DNA from: an uncultured euryarchaeote
GTDB lineage: Archaea > Thermoplasmatota > Poseidoniia > Poseidoniales > Poseidoniaceae
Reading direction: 5' to 3'
Assembly: GCA_937915175.1 (NCBI GenBank)
Contig: CALDNA010000052.1
Span: forward strand, 25,150-89,149
DNA length: 64,000 nucleotides
The position numbers and the translations under genes were made by a program. The notes beneath the pieces are model-generated. The model saw only the letters and a program-made list of their open reading frames with translations, was not told the origin of the DNA and did not search any database. This document shows positions 1-9,197 of the stretch, piece after piece (positions within the stretch are counted from its first letter, which is position 1; every line of letters begins with the position of its first letter).

Positions 1-1623
1 ATGGCAGCCCCTAGCCCGCTTGTAGGGGCTGATGGTTGCGCCCTGCCCGACCCTAACGAAGAGCATGAAGAGGTGCCCATCGAACTGGTTCGCCTTGGCG
101 ACCAATTGGAAATTCGAAGCGGGGAATTAATCCCGGCTGACGGCATCATCGTCGAAGGCCATGGTGCCCTCGACAAGGCACCGTTGACTGGGGAATCTGT
201 GCCAGTCGAAATCAGCAAGGGCGATGAAATTCAAGCAGGACTTGTCCTTGCGCGTGGTCCTATTGTCATCGACGTGACCGCTGTGGGCGATGAAACTCGT
301 TTGTCAGGGTTGATCGATGCAGTTCACACCTTCCGTGAAGAACCGCCCCGCTTGCAAAACATCATCGAACGCTTCACCCAAGTCTGGGTGCCAATCGTTC
401 TGTTTGGCGCCTTTTCCGTGTGGCAAATTGGATTCCCCGGAGATTGGAAGATCGTTCTTCTGCTGTGGGTCGTGGCGTGCCCATGTGCGTTGTTGCTTGC
501 CACGCCTGTGCCACACGCTGCTTCACTTGCTCGTTCCGCCCACATCGGAGCAATCGCTCGCGGTGGAGATGTGATTGAACGTCTTTCCAAGGTCAACCAT
601 GTCCTTCTGGACAAAACCGGAACCCTCACTTCGGGGAAACCTCGAATTGGTGAAGTGGTTGTGGCCAAGGGCCGACGCAAAGACGCCGCCCTCAAACTAG
701 CAGCAGGGCTCGAAGCGCGCTCCTCTCATCCTTACGCCATGTCCGTTATGGAGTACGTACGTGAAGAATCACTGGAACCGACCAAAGTCAATGTTTTGTC
801 CGACATCGAAGCCGGAGTTCGAGGAAAAGTTGGTGGAAAGGACGTTGCCTTTATTCGATACGATCGAGCAAAGGACTTGGGCATAACAGTTCCAGCAGAA
901 CTGAAAGAAGCCTACAGCGCTGCAGAACAAAAGGGGCACGGGGCGAGTTTACTTTCACGTGACGGAGAGGCTCTTGCGCTGTTCACCTTCATTCACGATG
1001 ACACTCGAGATGGAAGCCACTTGTTGATACCCTCCTTGTTCAAACGCAACATCAACGTCGAAATCCTCTCTGGCGACAACCAAGCAGCGGTCAAGGCCTT
1101 TGCAAAGAGCGTTGGATTGGATGAGAAGTCCGCTCATGGCGGGCTTTCTCCTGAAGAGAAGGTCAACTGGGTTCGAAGCCGCTCACAAACGCATGTCACC
1201 ATGATGGTAGGCGACGGGTTCAACGACGCCGCTGCGCTTGCTGTGGCCGATGTTGGCGTGGCTGTGGGCAGCGGTGAAACGGTCAACTTAGAGGCGGCAG
1301 ATGTTCTCATCCCTGGTGAAGATCCACAAATGCTCACCGAACTGATTGATCTTGCTCGAAGAGCGCAGCGCATTTTGATTGGCAACCTCATCATCTCAGT
1401 TGGAATTACCCTCGCGCTCGTTGGCGCTGTGATCTTACAGATGTACGATGAACTGTGGGTCGGAGTGTTGATCCACGAAGCCTCGGTGATCTTAGTGATC
1501 CTCAACGGAGCCCGTCTGGCAGGTTCAGAGGGTGCTCTTGCTTTGATTGGCAACCTCTTTGTCTCGCTGTGGAGGGACACGAAAGAATCCTTTTTATTGC
1601 TGCGAACCCAACTCGCATCCTGA
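1..1623 (+). CDS. Heavy-metal translocating P1B-type ATPase, C-terminal ~540 aa (5' end lies outside the window)
   Basis: Open from base 1. TM6 CPC motif (VACPCALLLATP), phosphorylation site DKTGTLT, hinge GDGFNDAAAL, TM8 HEASVILVILN. Confidence 0.9.
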   Translation: MAAPSPLVGADGCALPDPNEEHEEVPIELVRLGDQLEIRSGELIPADGIIVEGHGALDKAPLTGESVPVEISKGDEIQAGLVLARGPIVIDVTAVGDETRLSGLIDAVHTFREEPPRLQNIIERFTQVWVPIVLFGAFSVWQIGFPGDWKIVLLLWVVACPCALLLATPVPHAASLARSAHIGAIARGGDVIERLSKVNHVLLDKTGTLTSGKPRIGEVVVAKGRRKDAALKLAAGLEARSSHPYAMSVMEYVREESLEPTKVNVLSDIEAGVRGKVGGKDVAFIRYDRAKDLGITVPAELKEAYSAAEQKGHGASLLSRDGEALALFTFIHDDTRDGSHLLIPSLFKRNINVEILSGDNQAAVKAFAKSVGLDEKSAHGGLSPEEKVNWVRSRSQTHVTMMVGDGFNDAAALAVADVGVAVGSGETVNLEAADVLIPGEDPQMLTELIDLARRAQRILIGNLIISVGITLALVGAVILQMYDELWVGVLIHEASVILVILNGARLAGSEGALALIGNLFVSLWRDTKESFLLLRTQLAS

Positions 1624-1681
1624 ACAAACTTGACGCGGCATCTTCAAACCATAGAGCAGGCTCTTCGGAAATGGTGAGCGC

Positions 1682-2182
1682 ATGGCCAGAGTAAGAGCAG
1701 ACCCAGTCACAACCGCCCTTGCTCACCCAACCCGTCGTGCGGTCTACCTGGCTCTTTCTCACTCTGAAGAGTTGAGCACCGTGCAGATCGAAAACCAACT
1801 GGAAGTGGACCGTTACAACCTCTACCACCACATGAAGAAACTCGCTTCCTTGGGGTTGGTCGAAAATCATCGTGACCAAGGCCGAGCCCGTTGGTGGCGC
1901 ATCGCTGCGAAAGTAGAACTGCCGGAGCTGCTCCACGCCCTGCCAGCATCTCATGCTGCAGTCCCTGTCAGCTCTGCGACCTCAGATGGAATTATTCCTC
2001 AAGATTTGCAAGCAGCAGTCGATCAAGGTGGCGATTTATGCGTCATCAATTTGGGTGGCTCTAGGGACCAAGTTGGGGCCAAGAAGATGCTTGAAGTGTT
2101 GGCTCAGCAACACGGTATTCCCCTTGACCTCCCGTGGAACTTTCTACCAGAGAGCATCGTATTGATTGCCAAGAAGCGTTAA
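1682..2182 (+). CDS. ArsR/SmtB-family winged-helix transcription regulator with a ~80 aa C-terminal extension
   Basis: N-terminus LAHPTRRAVYLAL...STVQIENQLEVDRYNLYHHMKKLASLGLV is a typical ArsR HTH. It sits directly downstream of the metal ATPase. Confidence 0.75.
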   Translation: MARVRADPVTTALAHPTRRAVYLALSHSEELSTVQIENQLEVDRYNLYHHMKKLASLGLVENHRDQGRARWWRIAAKVELPELLHALPASHAAVPVSSATSDGIIPQDLQAAVDQGGDLCVINLGGSRDQVGAKKMLEVLAQQHGIPLDLPWNFLPESIVLIAKKR

Positions 2183-2229
2183 CTTTCGGCAGTGCAAGAA
2201 ACCAAAAACAAGAACCAAGAGGCGAGTCT

Positions 2230-2622
2230 ATGAGCGAAGAGTCAACCGTTGAATCACGTGTTTCGCCCCCGGCGCTCACTTGCCCCAAATGCGAGGGACT
2301 TTTGCCAAGTGGTCTTGGAGAATTGCAATGCCAATTGTGCTCAGCTAAAGTCCGAATTGATCACCCGGTCACCAGAAAGAATTGGGAGGAAGAAAAAGTT
2401 GGCTGCCCCGAATGCGGAAAAGTACTCATTGCTGGCGTTGACAAGCGTCCAGCGCATCTCAAATGCGCTTCGTGCATGCATCACTTCACCCTCACGCCTC
2501 ACATACCTAAGGTGGAAATCACCTGTCCCGGTTGTAAACGCCAACTGCGTATGAAACGCAAACCTGGTGCCCGCCGTATCGATTGTCCAGCATGCAGCAC
2601 TCAGTTTAACGTCAAATTCTAA
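2230..2622 (+). CDS. Triple zinc-ribbon protein (three CPxC...CxxC modules)
   Basis: CPKCEG..CQLCSA, CPECGK..CASCMH, CPGCKR..CPACST. The last module resembles the MJ0042-type finger. I chose the internal ATG at 2230 because the longer ORF (from 2134) overlaps the ArsR gene. Confidence 0.6.
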   Translation: MSEESTVESRVSPPALTCPKCEGLLPSGLGELQCQLCSAKVRIDHPVTRKNWEEEKVGCPECGKVLIAGVDKRPAHLKCASCMHHFTLTPHIPKVEITCPGCKRQLRMKRKPGARRIDCPACSTQFNVKF

Positions 2623-2942
2623 TGCCTTCACACACCACGAAGGCACCTGTACAATCTGCTCTACAATCATTCAAAATACCACCATCGCACCACCGAAGCA
2701 TGGACTTCGGTTTCTTCTCGCTTTCTCTCGTTGCTAGTTTCGCTTTCGTTCGACTCGTGACCGAGCAAACAGATTTCCATTTGAGGTTCAAAGGCCTATG
2801 GATTCACCACTGGATCCTTGCGGCCGTAGCAATGCTAATTTTGATTGTGGCTCAAATCGAGCATCCAATCGTCTGGGGCGCTCTGACTGGGGCAGCCTTG
2901 GATGGCTTAATTCGGAAAAATTGGTCGATTATCGATCGTTGA
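2622..2942 (+). CDS. Small membrane protein, two predicted TM helices, unknown function
   Basis: Its ATG overlaps the upstream stop (TAATG at 2620-2624). Hydrophobic stretches FFSLSLVASFAFV and WILAAVAMLILIVA. An alternative ATG lies at 2700. Confidence 0.45.
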   Translation: MPSHTTKAPVQSALQSFKIPPSHHRSMDFGFFSLSLVASFAFVRLVTEQTDFHLRFKGLWIHHWILAAVAMLILIVAQIEHPIVWGALTGAALDGLIRKNWSIIDR

Positions 2943-3036
2943 CTGCAACTTCTGTGCTTGGACACTTTGTCGTATTGTATGGCCAGATGAGTGTTTTAGC
3001 CAAAAGGTTTTAGGGTGCCCTAAATCTCCCGATGGT

Positions 3037-3333
3037 ATGCTCCCAAACGGATGTTGCGGCATATGTGGTATTTCGATGGAAAAAGGATGGGTTGCGTGCC
3101 CCTTCTGCGGATGGCATCAAGCCAATTTGATCAATCCAAATCTTTCGATTATGGAGCATGCCAAAAACACCTCGAGTGGAGGCTCAGAAATAGCTTGTTC
3201 CGCAGGTGGCGGGGGATCAAAATCCAAGTGTTGTCATCGTTACAAAAAGAAAGCCAAAAAAGGCCCATGCAAACGATGCCCGAAAACCAACCCAGGTGGG
3301 CTCAAAACAAGTTCCATCGATGAAGTCTTTTGA
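3037..3333 (+). CDS. Small zinc-ribbon protein with a Cys/Lys-rich basic tail
   Basis: CGICG...CPFCGWH ribbon, followed by CCHRYKKKAKKGPCKRCPK. Confidence 0.45.
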   Translation: MLPNGCCGICGISMEKGWVACPFCGWHQANLINPNLSIMEHAKNTSSGGSEIACSAGGGGSKSKCCHRYKKKAKKGPCKRCPKTNPGGLKTSSIDEVF

Positions 3334-3480
3334 ACGCGACTGCGTGGCAATGGATTAATTCGCACTCGTTGTCTCGAGTTTGGTTGAGGATTTATCCCCG
3401 TTAAACCGCCTTCCTGCGCCTGTCACCCGTCGCGCTTCTTATCTATGATGAGAAGTGCATGAAGCATTGGATGGGATACG

Positions 3481-6054
3481 ATGTTACCGAGCGCAAGCAA
3501 GAGTAGTGAGGCACTCGATGCAGCACGCAAGAAGCGTGAAAATGCAGACAAAGTAGCACTTTCAGCACTCCGTTCCCAATTCACCTCCACCTCTTCCACT
3601 TCACTCGACCAAGCCACCATGACTTCAGCTCGTTTCCGTCAAGAGGAGCGCCTTCGAGCGGATTTGCGTCGAGAACGCCGCATCCGTCAACAAGCCATTG
3701 CTGAGCGTGTTTCAGCCATGCAAGAAGCCCTTGCATCAGATCTTGCGGTTCAGCATGAACTCACACTTGACCAACTGGAAAAAGAAATGCGAGAATCGAT
3801 GGAACAAGACCTCAGCATGCTTGAAAAAGATGCATTGGCCAGAGAAGAATCTCGCATGCGTGGGGAACTCGACCTTCGATTAAACCGCCAACTCTCTGCA
3901 ATGCACGACCAGTTTGAAGTGGAGCAAGACCGGCGCGTTGAAGAGCACCGAACTCAACTTAAGGCTCAGATTGAATCCCAACTCCATGAAGAACACCGAC
4001 AACGCTTGGACATCCAAAAGGAGCGCCTATCGCTTGACTTCAACCAGCAGCTTCAGCACCGCATTCGAGAAATTGAAGCAGACATCCATGATGAAATGGA
4101 AAAGCGATTCACTGAGATGGAATCCAGTGAGATTTCTCGGCTCGAAGAAGGGCATAACGCTCGACTCGCAGAGCGTGAAGAGCAACTCCGTCGTGGGATT
4201 CGAACCCGCCTCGAACAACAACTCCGAACCCGGCTTAAGCAACGGGAAGCACGTCTTAAATCCGAATATGAGCGTCGCAGCCTGCGGCTTGAGGAAGACA
4301 TCGCAGAGCAACTCCAATCTGAATTAGAAGGTCGATTGCGTCAAGAAACGGACGACCTCGAGGAACGCATGCGCGAAGATGTTGAACTTGCGATCGCTCG
4401 AAGAAGGGACGAATTGCGGGTTGAGATCGAACAGCAACTTCAGGCAAGGCATTCAGAACGTCTTGCTGAGCGAAAGTCCCGACTCCGAGAAAAGTACGAC
4501 ATCACCTTCTCAAAGGCTATTGATGACATCTCACGCACCCTCAAATCCGATGTTGAGGTTGAACTTGAATCTCGCATGGATGAAGAATTCACTTCATACC
4601 GAAGCGCCCGTGAAGCAGAAATCCAAAACCGTCTTGCTCGGTTCCGCTATGAACGAGAAGCAGAATTGCGTGAACAACTCGAAAACCAGTATGACTCCAA
4701 GAAAACAGATTGGTCCGAAAGGCTCGAACTCGAGTTCCAGTCTCGTGAAGCATCGGCGCGAAAAGCCATCATGTCAGAGGTTGACGCAGGATTACGCAAC
4801 GAACGCCTGACCTTTGAGACGGATTTAGATCTACTCAAGGAAGAAACTTCACTCGAATTAGAAGTCGATATGGAAGAACGTCTCAATGCGTTCAGAGAGC
4901 GCAAGGAAGAGGAAGTTGCTGTTCAACTCGAACGCCAATTGGACAAGCGTGAAGAGATCATGCGCAACAAAGCCCTCATCGATGTTCGCAAGCGTGAAGC
5001 ACACATTCGTGCTGAAATTGAGGCTCAACTGGGCCTAAAGCGTGCTGAAATCCGAAACCGTTTGCAAGGACTGACTGAAAAGATGGATGCCTTCAAGGAA
5101 ATGGCTGAAGACAAAATGCGAGACGCAGTCACAAAGCAAGTACAAGGCGAGATTGATGAGGAAGAAGAGACCTATCAATCCCGAGAAAGCGAATTCCGAG
5201 ACCTGCAATCCACCGATACACGAGCAGAAAAGCGTCAGATGTGGATGCAATCCATCTCTGGGCAAAACGCCCCAGGCCAAGCATCCACCGCTATGGATCC
5301 GTCGGCTTTGGGCGCAAGGCCAAACGCTCTCGGTGCATCCGCAGGCCGAGCAATGCGAGGTACGATGGGCGCTCAGGCACCGCAACAACCTCGCATGGGC
5401 CTAGCAGGTATGCGAGCACCTTCGACCAGTTCAAAACCGATGACCATGCCAGGCGCTCCACTTGTCAAACCGATCAAATCTCCTCTCGGGGCAACGGCGC
5501 CACAACTCGCACAACCAGTGCAACCGAAGGTTGTTCGAACACCGCTTCAGCCTGCAAACACGTTGGTTCAACCAAACGTAATGCCACAACTCGAAGACGT
5601 GCCTCTGCCGGCTGGTGAAGCCATCGGGGCTCCTGTGACAACTGAACTGCCGGAATCAACGGCTGAATTGGAAGCTGCAGTCGCCCAAGAGATTGCACCA
5701 GTGCAAACTGAAGTTGCAGATCCAGTCGAACAAATCACAGAGGCATCCTCTGAAGATCTTGAACAAGAAGCGGAGCAAGAATCTGCAGTCATGCGACCAA
5801 TCACCACTGTCTTGTCACCTGTTGAACAAGCTGAACCAGTCAAGACCACCACGTTGAAGGCAGTGCCGCCACAATTGACGCCCAAAAAGGCACGAGGTGC
5901 CCCTCCAAGCATCGCATCGCCGGCATCGAAATCAACATCGAGTCAAGCAGAAAAGGACTCCAAAGCAACATTGACTCCGGTTCGCCGAATGACGCCGCTC
6001 AAGATTCACCAACCTGATGCGGAAGACGAGGAAGAATCAACCGACGAGTCTTGA
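3481..6054 (+). CDS. Large E/R/Q-rich coiled-coil (possibly single-alpha-helix) protein with a Pro/Gln/Ala-rich, then acidic, C-terminal tail
   Basis: 857-aa ORF. About 600 aa of uninterrupted charged helical sequence (e.g. EERLRADLRRERRIRQQAIAER, LEERMREDVELAIARRRDELRVEIEQQL). No TM segment and no catalytic motif seen. Confidence 0.75.
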   Translation: MLPSASKSSEALDAARKKRENADKVALSALRSQFTSTSSTSLDQATMTSARFRQEERLRADLRRERRIRQQAIAERVSAMQEALASDLAVQHELTLDQLEKEMRESMEQDLSMLEKDALAREESRMRGELDLRLNRQLSAMHDQFEVEQDRRVEEHRTQLKAQIESQLHEEHRQRLDIQKERLSLDFNQQLQHRIREIEADIHDEMEKRFTEMESSEISRLEEGHNARLAEREEQLRRGIRTRLEQQLRTRLKQREARLKSEYERRSLRLEEDIAEQLQSELEGRLRQETDDLEERMREDVELAIARRRDELRVEIEQQLQARHSERLAERKSRLREKYDITFSKAIDDISRTLKSDVEVELESRMDEEFTSYRSAREAEIQNRLARFRYEREAELREQLENQYDSKKTDWSERLELEFQSREASARKAIMSEVDAGLRNERLTFETDLDLLKEETSLELEVDMEERLNAFRERKEEEVAVQLERQLDKREEIMRNKALIDVRKREAHIRAEIEAQLGLKRAEIRNRLQGLTEKMDAFKEMAEDKMRDAVTKQVQGEIDEEEETYQSRESEFRDLQSTDTRAEKRQMWMQSISGQNAPGQASTAMDPSALGARPNALGASAGRAMRGTMGAQAPQQPRMGLAGMRAPSTSSKPMTMPGAPLVKPIKSPLGATAPQLAQPVQPKVVRTPLQPANTLVQPNVMPQLEDVPLPAGEAIGAPVTTELPESTAELEAAVAQEIAPVQTEVADPVEQITEASSEDLEQEAEQESAVMRPITTVLSPVEQAEPVKTTTLKAVPPQLTPKKARGAPPSIASPASKSTSSQAEKDSKATLTPVRRMTPLKIHQPDAEDEEESTDES

Positions 6055-6120
6055 TTCGCGCCAAAGCGGGTTACACCGGGCATCGGCTCCTTCATATTGA
6101 TTGAAGGCTTGGCCTTGGGT

Positions 6121-8550
6121 ATGAACCGCTTTCTTGTTCTGTTCATCGCCTTCACGATGCTCCCATTGGTGGCCTTTGGTCCCGTTGTAGCAGCGAACGA
6201 CGTTGAACTCATCGATGCAGGCTATACGCATCAAACGGCCGTGAAGTTGGTTCACTGGGAAGTGATGAACGACGGTACTGTTCTGACCGTTGATGGTGAA
6301 GGAAACCTGAGCGTCAACGCCTTCAGCAATGGCATTCTCGTTCCTCTGTGGAACATCGAACTCGGTGTGAGTGCAAACGGAGCACGGCTTGACGATGCGC
6401 AACTGCTCACTGCAGTGGCCCACGATTCAGGTGTGTTCATCGTTCACATGGTGTTGCAAATAGCCAACCGTAACATTTCGACCACCGATCCCGTTAATGA
6501 CGTGGATTGGGATTCAGAAGGGGACCTTTGGCTTGCTTTCTTTGCCGGGCGTCGCCGGGCTGAAGAATACAATTCAGAAGGAGCAACAGCCACAAACTCC
6601 CCCCCAATACAGAGCGGATTCAATTCTTTCATAGTTCTTGATAACGGGCGAATCGCTATGGGAGGCTATGACTCGAAGGTGTACATTTCGGACAACGGAG
6701 GCACATTATTGACCACGTTGAATGAACCAGGCGGCATTGTCAACGCACTCATTGAAGATCACGATGGAAACCTAATTGTCGGCGCTGCCAACGGGGCTGT
6801 TTACCGGTATGATACAAACTCGTGGGCCGTCGAAACGCTTTCGCTCAGCCACGGTTCTTCGGTTGTTCATCTTGAAGAAGTAGACAACAGCACCTACATT
6901 GCAGGCACCCAAAATGGGAAACTGACCATGATTGACGGGGCGACGTTCAGCGAGGGCGAGACCTATACCTCTCAAGGCCCGGTGATTGGTTCCTCCACCC
7001 CGTTTACTGGTGAAGTCTACATCATCACCTCCTTTGTGTCCTACTCCAAAGTCCGCCTCTATGATTTGGACACCGACGGTGACGGCGTGACCGACACCAA
7101 CGATGCCTTCCCGAATGAAATCACTCAGTGGAACGATGCTGATCTCGATGGCTACGGCGACAACATTGACGGCTTCATGGGCGATGCCTTCCCCACAGAT
7201 GAAACTCAATACGTCGATGCCGATGCTGATGGCTACGGTGACAACCCAGCAGGCACAAACGGAGACGCTTTCCCGAACAATGCAGAACAGTGGCAAGACC
7301 GAGATGGCGACGGCTATGGCGACAACATGCAAGGGCAGAACGGCGACATGTTCCCTGACGAACCCACACAGTGGGCCGATGAGGACGTGGACGGTTTCGG
7401 CAGCAATCCAGATGGCTTGATGCCAGATTCATGCCCAACGCAAAACGGATTTTCCAAACAGGACCGATACGGTTGCCCTGACACGGACCTCGACGGATAT
7501 TCCAACCCCGATGCAGGCTACGGCGCCGAGCAAGGTGCAGATGCCTTGCCATCCCAAGGCACCCAATGGCGCGACCAAGACGGCGATGGCTATGGCGACA
7601 ACACCACCGGATTGCTACCAGACGCTTGCCCGTGGGAATTTGGCAACTCCACGCGAGCATGGCTCGCAAACGCAACGGCCTTACTCGGGTTTGTTGAAGT
7701 CGCTTCCAATGGCTGTCAGGACCTTGACGGTGACGGATGGGTTGACAGAACCGAGTCCATAGGTATGGAAACAGATCCCGATGAACATTTTGACGGAGAC
7801 AAAGATGGTGTCGGGTCCAATGCAGATTACGATGACACTCGCCCGTTGGTCCAAACCGAAAAAGACCACTGCATGCTTAATTTCGATGATACTTCCGACG
7901 CATGCAAGGGTTGGCGCAGCGATGATTACCAAGCCTATCTTGCTCGGAGCAAGAACGCCAATGAAAGCGACTACTCCTATGCAGCTTGGAACACCAGCAA
8001 GAACGCAGGCTTACTCGATTCTAATTCAGATGTCGACAGCACGACGGTGAAGCAGGTCATAGCCGTTGGAGGCTCTGCCTTTGCAGTCCTCACATTGATC
8101 ATCGTTGCTGTCGGGGCAATGAGCAAGCGACGCAAGACAAAATCCAATCTCAAAATTTACGGAACCGCACTCCCTCCAACTCAAAGCAAAAACTCCGCCT
8201 CTGCAGAAGCGCTTGAAGGGACAGCAGGTCTTTCCGCCCAAGGCGGGGTTGAATCAGATTCCGCTTGGGATGATGACGTTGCAAGCCTTGATTTCACCGT
8301 CCAAGACGAAGATCTCGACTCCTTAGAGGACGCTTCCGAAGCGATTGAGGCTTCTTCCCTCTACAGCGAAGAAGACAGCATCGAAAACATTGCAGGCATG
8401 CCGACAGCATCAGAGCCAGAAGCAGCAGCACCCGCTACAGCACCCGCTGCAGCAGCAGTGCCACCAGTGCCAGCATCAGGCCTCCCTGAAGGGTGGACAA
8501 TGGACCAGTGGAAATGGTACGGCCAAGAATGGTTGGATAAGCAAAAGTGA
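6121..8550 (+). CDS. Type I membrane surface protein: signal peptide, beta-propeller-like region, thrombospondin type-3-like Ca-binding repeats, TM helix, acidic cytoplasmic tail
   Basis: Signal peptide MNRFLVLFIAFTMLPLVAFGPVVAA. Repeats of the form DxDxDGYGDN...DAFP..E.QW (nt ~7063-7850). TM VIAVGGSAFAVLTLIIVAVGAM followed by KRRKTK. Tail ends LPEGWTMDQWKWYGQEWLDKQK. Confidence 0.8.
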   Translation: MNRFLVLFIAFTMLPLVAFGPVVAANDVELIDAGYTHQTAVKLVHWEVMNDGTVLTVDGEGNLSVNAFSNGILVPLWNIELGVSANGARLDDAQLLTAVAHDSGVFIVHMVLQIANRNISTTDPVNDVDWDSEGDLWLAFFAGRRRAEEYNSEGATATNSPPIQSGFNSFIVLDNGRIAMGGYDSKVYISDNGGTLLTTLNEPGGIVNALIEDHDGNLIVGAANGAVYRYDTNSWAVETLSLSHGSSVVHLEEVDNSTYIAGTQNGKLTMIDGATFSEGETYTSQGPVIGSSTPFTGEVYIITSFVSYSKVRLYDLDTDGDGVTDTNDAFPNEITQWNDADLDGYGDNIDGFMGDAFPTDETQYVDADADGYGDNPAGTNGDAFPNNAEQWQDRDGDGYGDNMQGQNGDMFPDEPTQWADEDVDGFGSNPDGLMPDSCPTQNGFSKQDRYGCPDTDLDGYSNPDAGYGAEQGADALPSQGTQWRDQDGDGYGDNTTGLLPDACPWEFGNSTRAWLANATALLGFVEVASNGCQDLDGDGWVDRTESIGMETDPDEHFDGDKDGVGSNADYDDTRPLVQTEKDHCMLNFDDTSDACKGWRSDDYQAYLARSKNANESDYSYAAWNTSKNAGLLDSNSDVDSTTVKQVIAVGGSAFAVLTLIIVAVGAMSKRRKTKSNLKIYGTALPPTQSKNSASAEALEGTAGLSAQGGVESDSAWDDDVASLDFTVQDEDLDSLEDASEAIEASSLYSEEDSIENIAGMPTASEPEAAAPATAPAAAAVPPVPASGLPEGWTMDQWKWYGQEWLDKQK

Positions 8551-8586
8551 ACCAAGTTCACCGATGTGAATCGCTTTGAGTTCTGT

Positions 8587-8841
8587 TCAGCGCCAAACGA
8601 TCGGCAAAGCTTCTCGCAAAGCGCCCAATTCTTCACCGGTGTAGACGGGTTTGCCATCTTGCTTCAGCGTGTTCATAATCAACCAGAGCACACCGTTCCA
8701 AGCGGTGCCCTTAGCAAAAATTTCTACATGGCCACACGCAGCGGCTTCGAGCAACTTACCTTCACTCGTGTTTTCACTGAACAAGGCACGAACCAAATTA
8801 CGAGCATCGAACTCGTAGCCGGGTGGTCGCCATTTCATCAT
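8587..8841 (-). CDS. Hypothetical 84-aa protein, third gene of the ParA-RHH cassette
   Basis: Starts 4 nt after the stop of the RHH gene on the same strand. No recognisable motif. Confidence 0.4.
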   Translation of the reverse strand: MMKWRPPGYEFDARNLVRALFSENTSEGKLLEAAACGHVEIFAKGTAWNGVLWLIMNTLKQDGKPVYTGEELGALREALPIVWR

Positions 8842-8845
8842 GCGA

Positions 8846-9088
8846 TCACACCTTGAATGGAGCGAGGTTCAAACGGTCAACCAGATGCTCGATTTCAACA
8901 TCGGCAACGGCCTTCATTCTGTCCCTCAGGGTTTCGATCTCGCCGTTCATTTTGGCGATTTTGTGAGCACGAACCATATCCAAGAGCAACTCATTGACGC
9001 TCTTGTGACCGCTTGTGCTGCGCATTGTGTTCAGTTGCCTTCGAACTTCATAACTCACGCTTACGGAGGTCATTCCTTCACCAGTCAT
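8846..9088 (-). CDS. Ribbon-helix-helix (CopG/ParG/SegB-like) DNA-binding protein
   Basis: N-terminal beta-strand plus two helices (TSVSVSYEVRRQLNTMRS...SVNELLLDMVRAH), then a helical tail. Lies downstream of the ParA gene. Confidence 0.55.
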   Translation of the reverse strand: MTGEGMTSVSVSYEVRRQLNTMRSTSGHKSVNELLLDMVRAHKIAKMNGEIETLRDRMKAVADVEIEHLVDRLNLAPFKV

Positions 9089-9197
9089 CTCAATCCCTGC
9101 TTAACTCTGCGTCGTTTAGGCTACTTAACCCCCGCGAAGGAAGCGCTGCTAAAATGTCGGTTTCTTCACCCCTATTTGGGCGCCCGAGAGCCTAAAA

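Noticed and set aside
4191-4215. GGGATTCGAACCCGC, which looks like the T-arm of a minus-strand tRNA
   Set aside because: It lies inside the strongly coding coiled-coil ORF (encodes RGIRTRLE). The putative T stem has a C-A mismatch. I could not fold any acceptor, D or anticodon arm from the flanking sequence.
3698-5912. Many alternative-frame and antisense ORFs (60-150 aa) inside the coiled-coil gene
   Set aside because: These are expected by-products of a long purine-rich, stop-poor repetitive coding region. Their translations are low-complexity S/R/K-rich and lack any start context.
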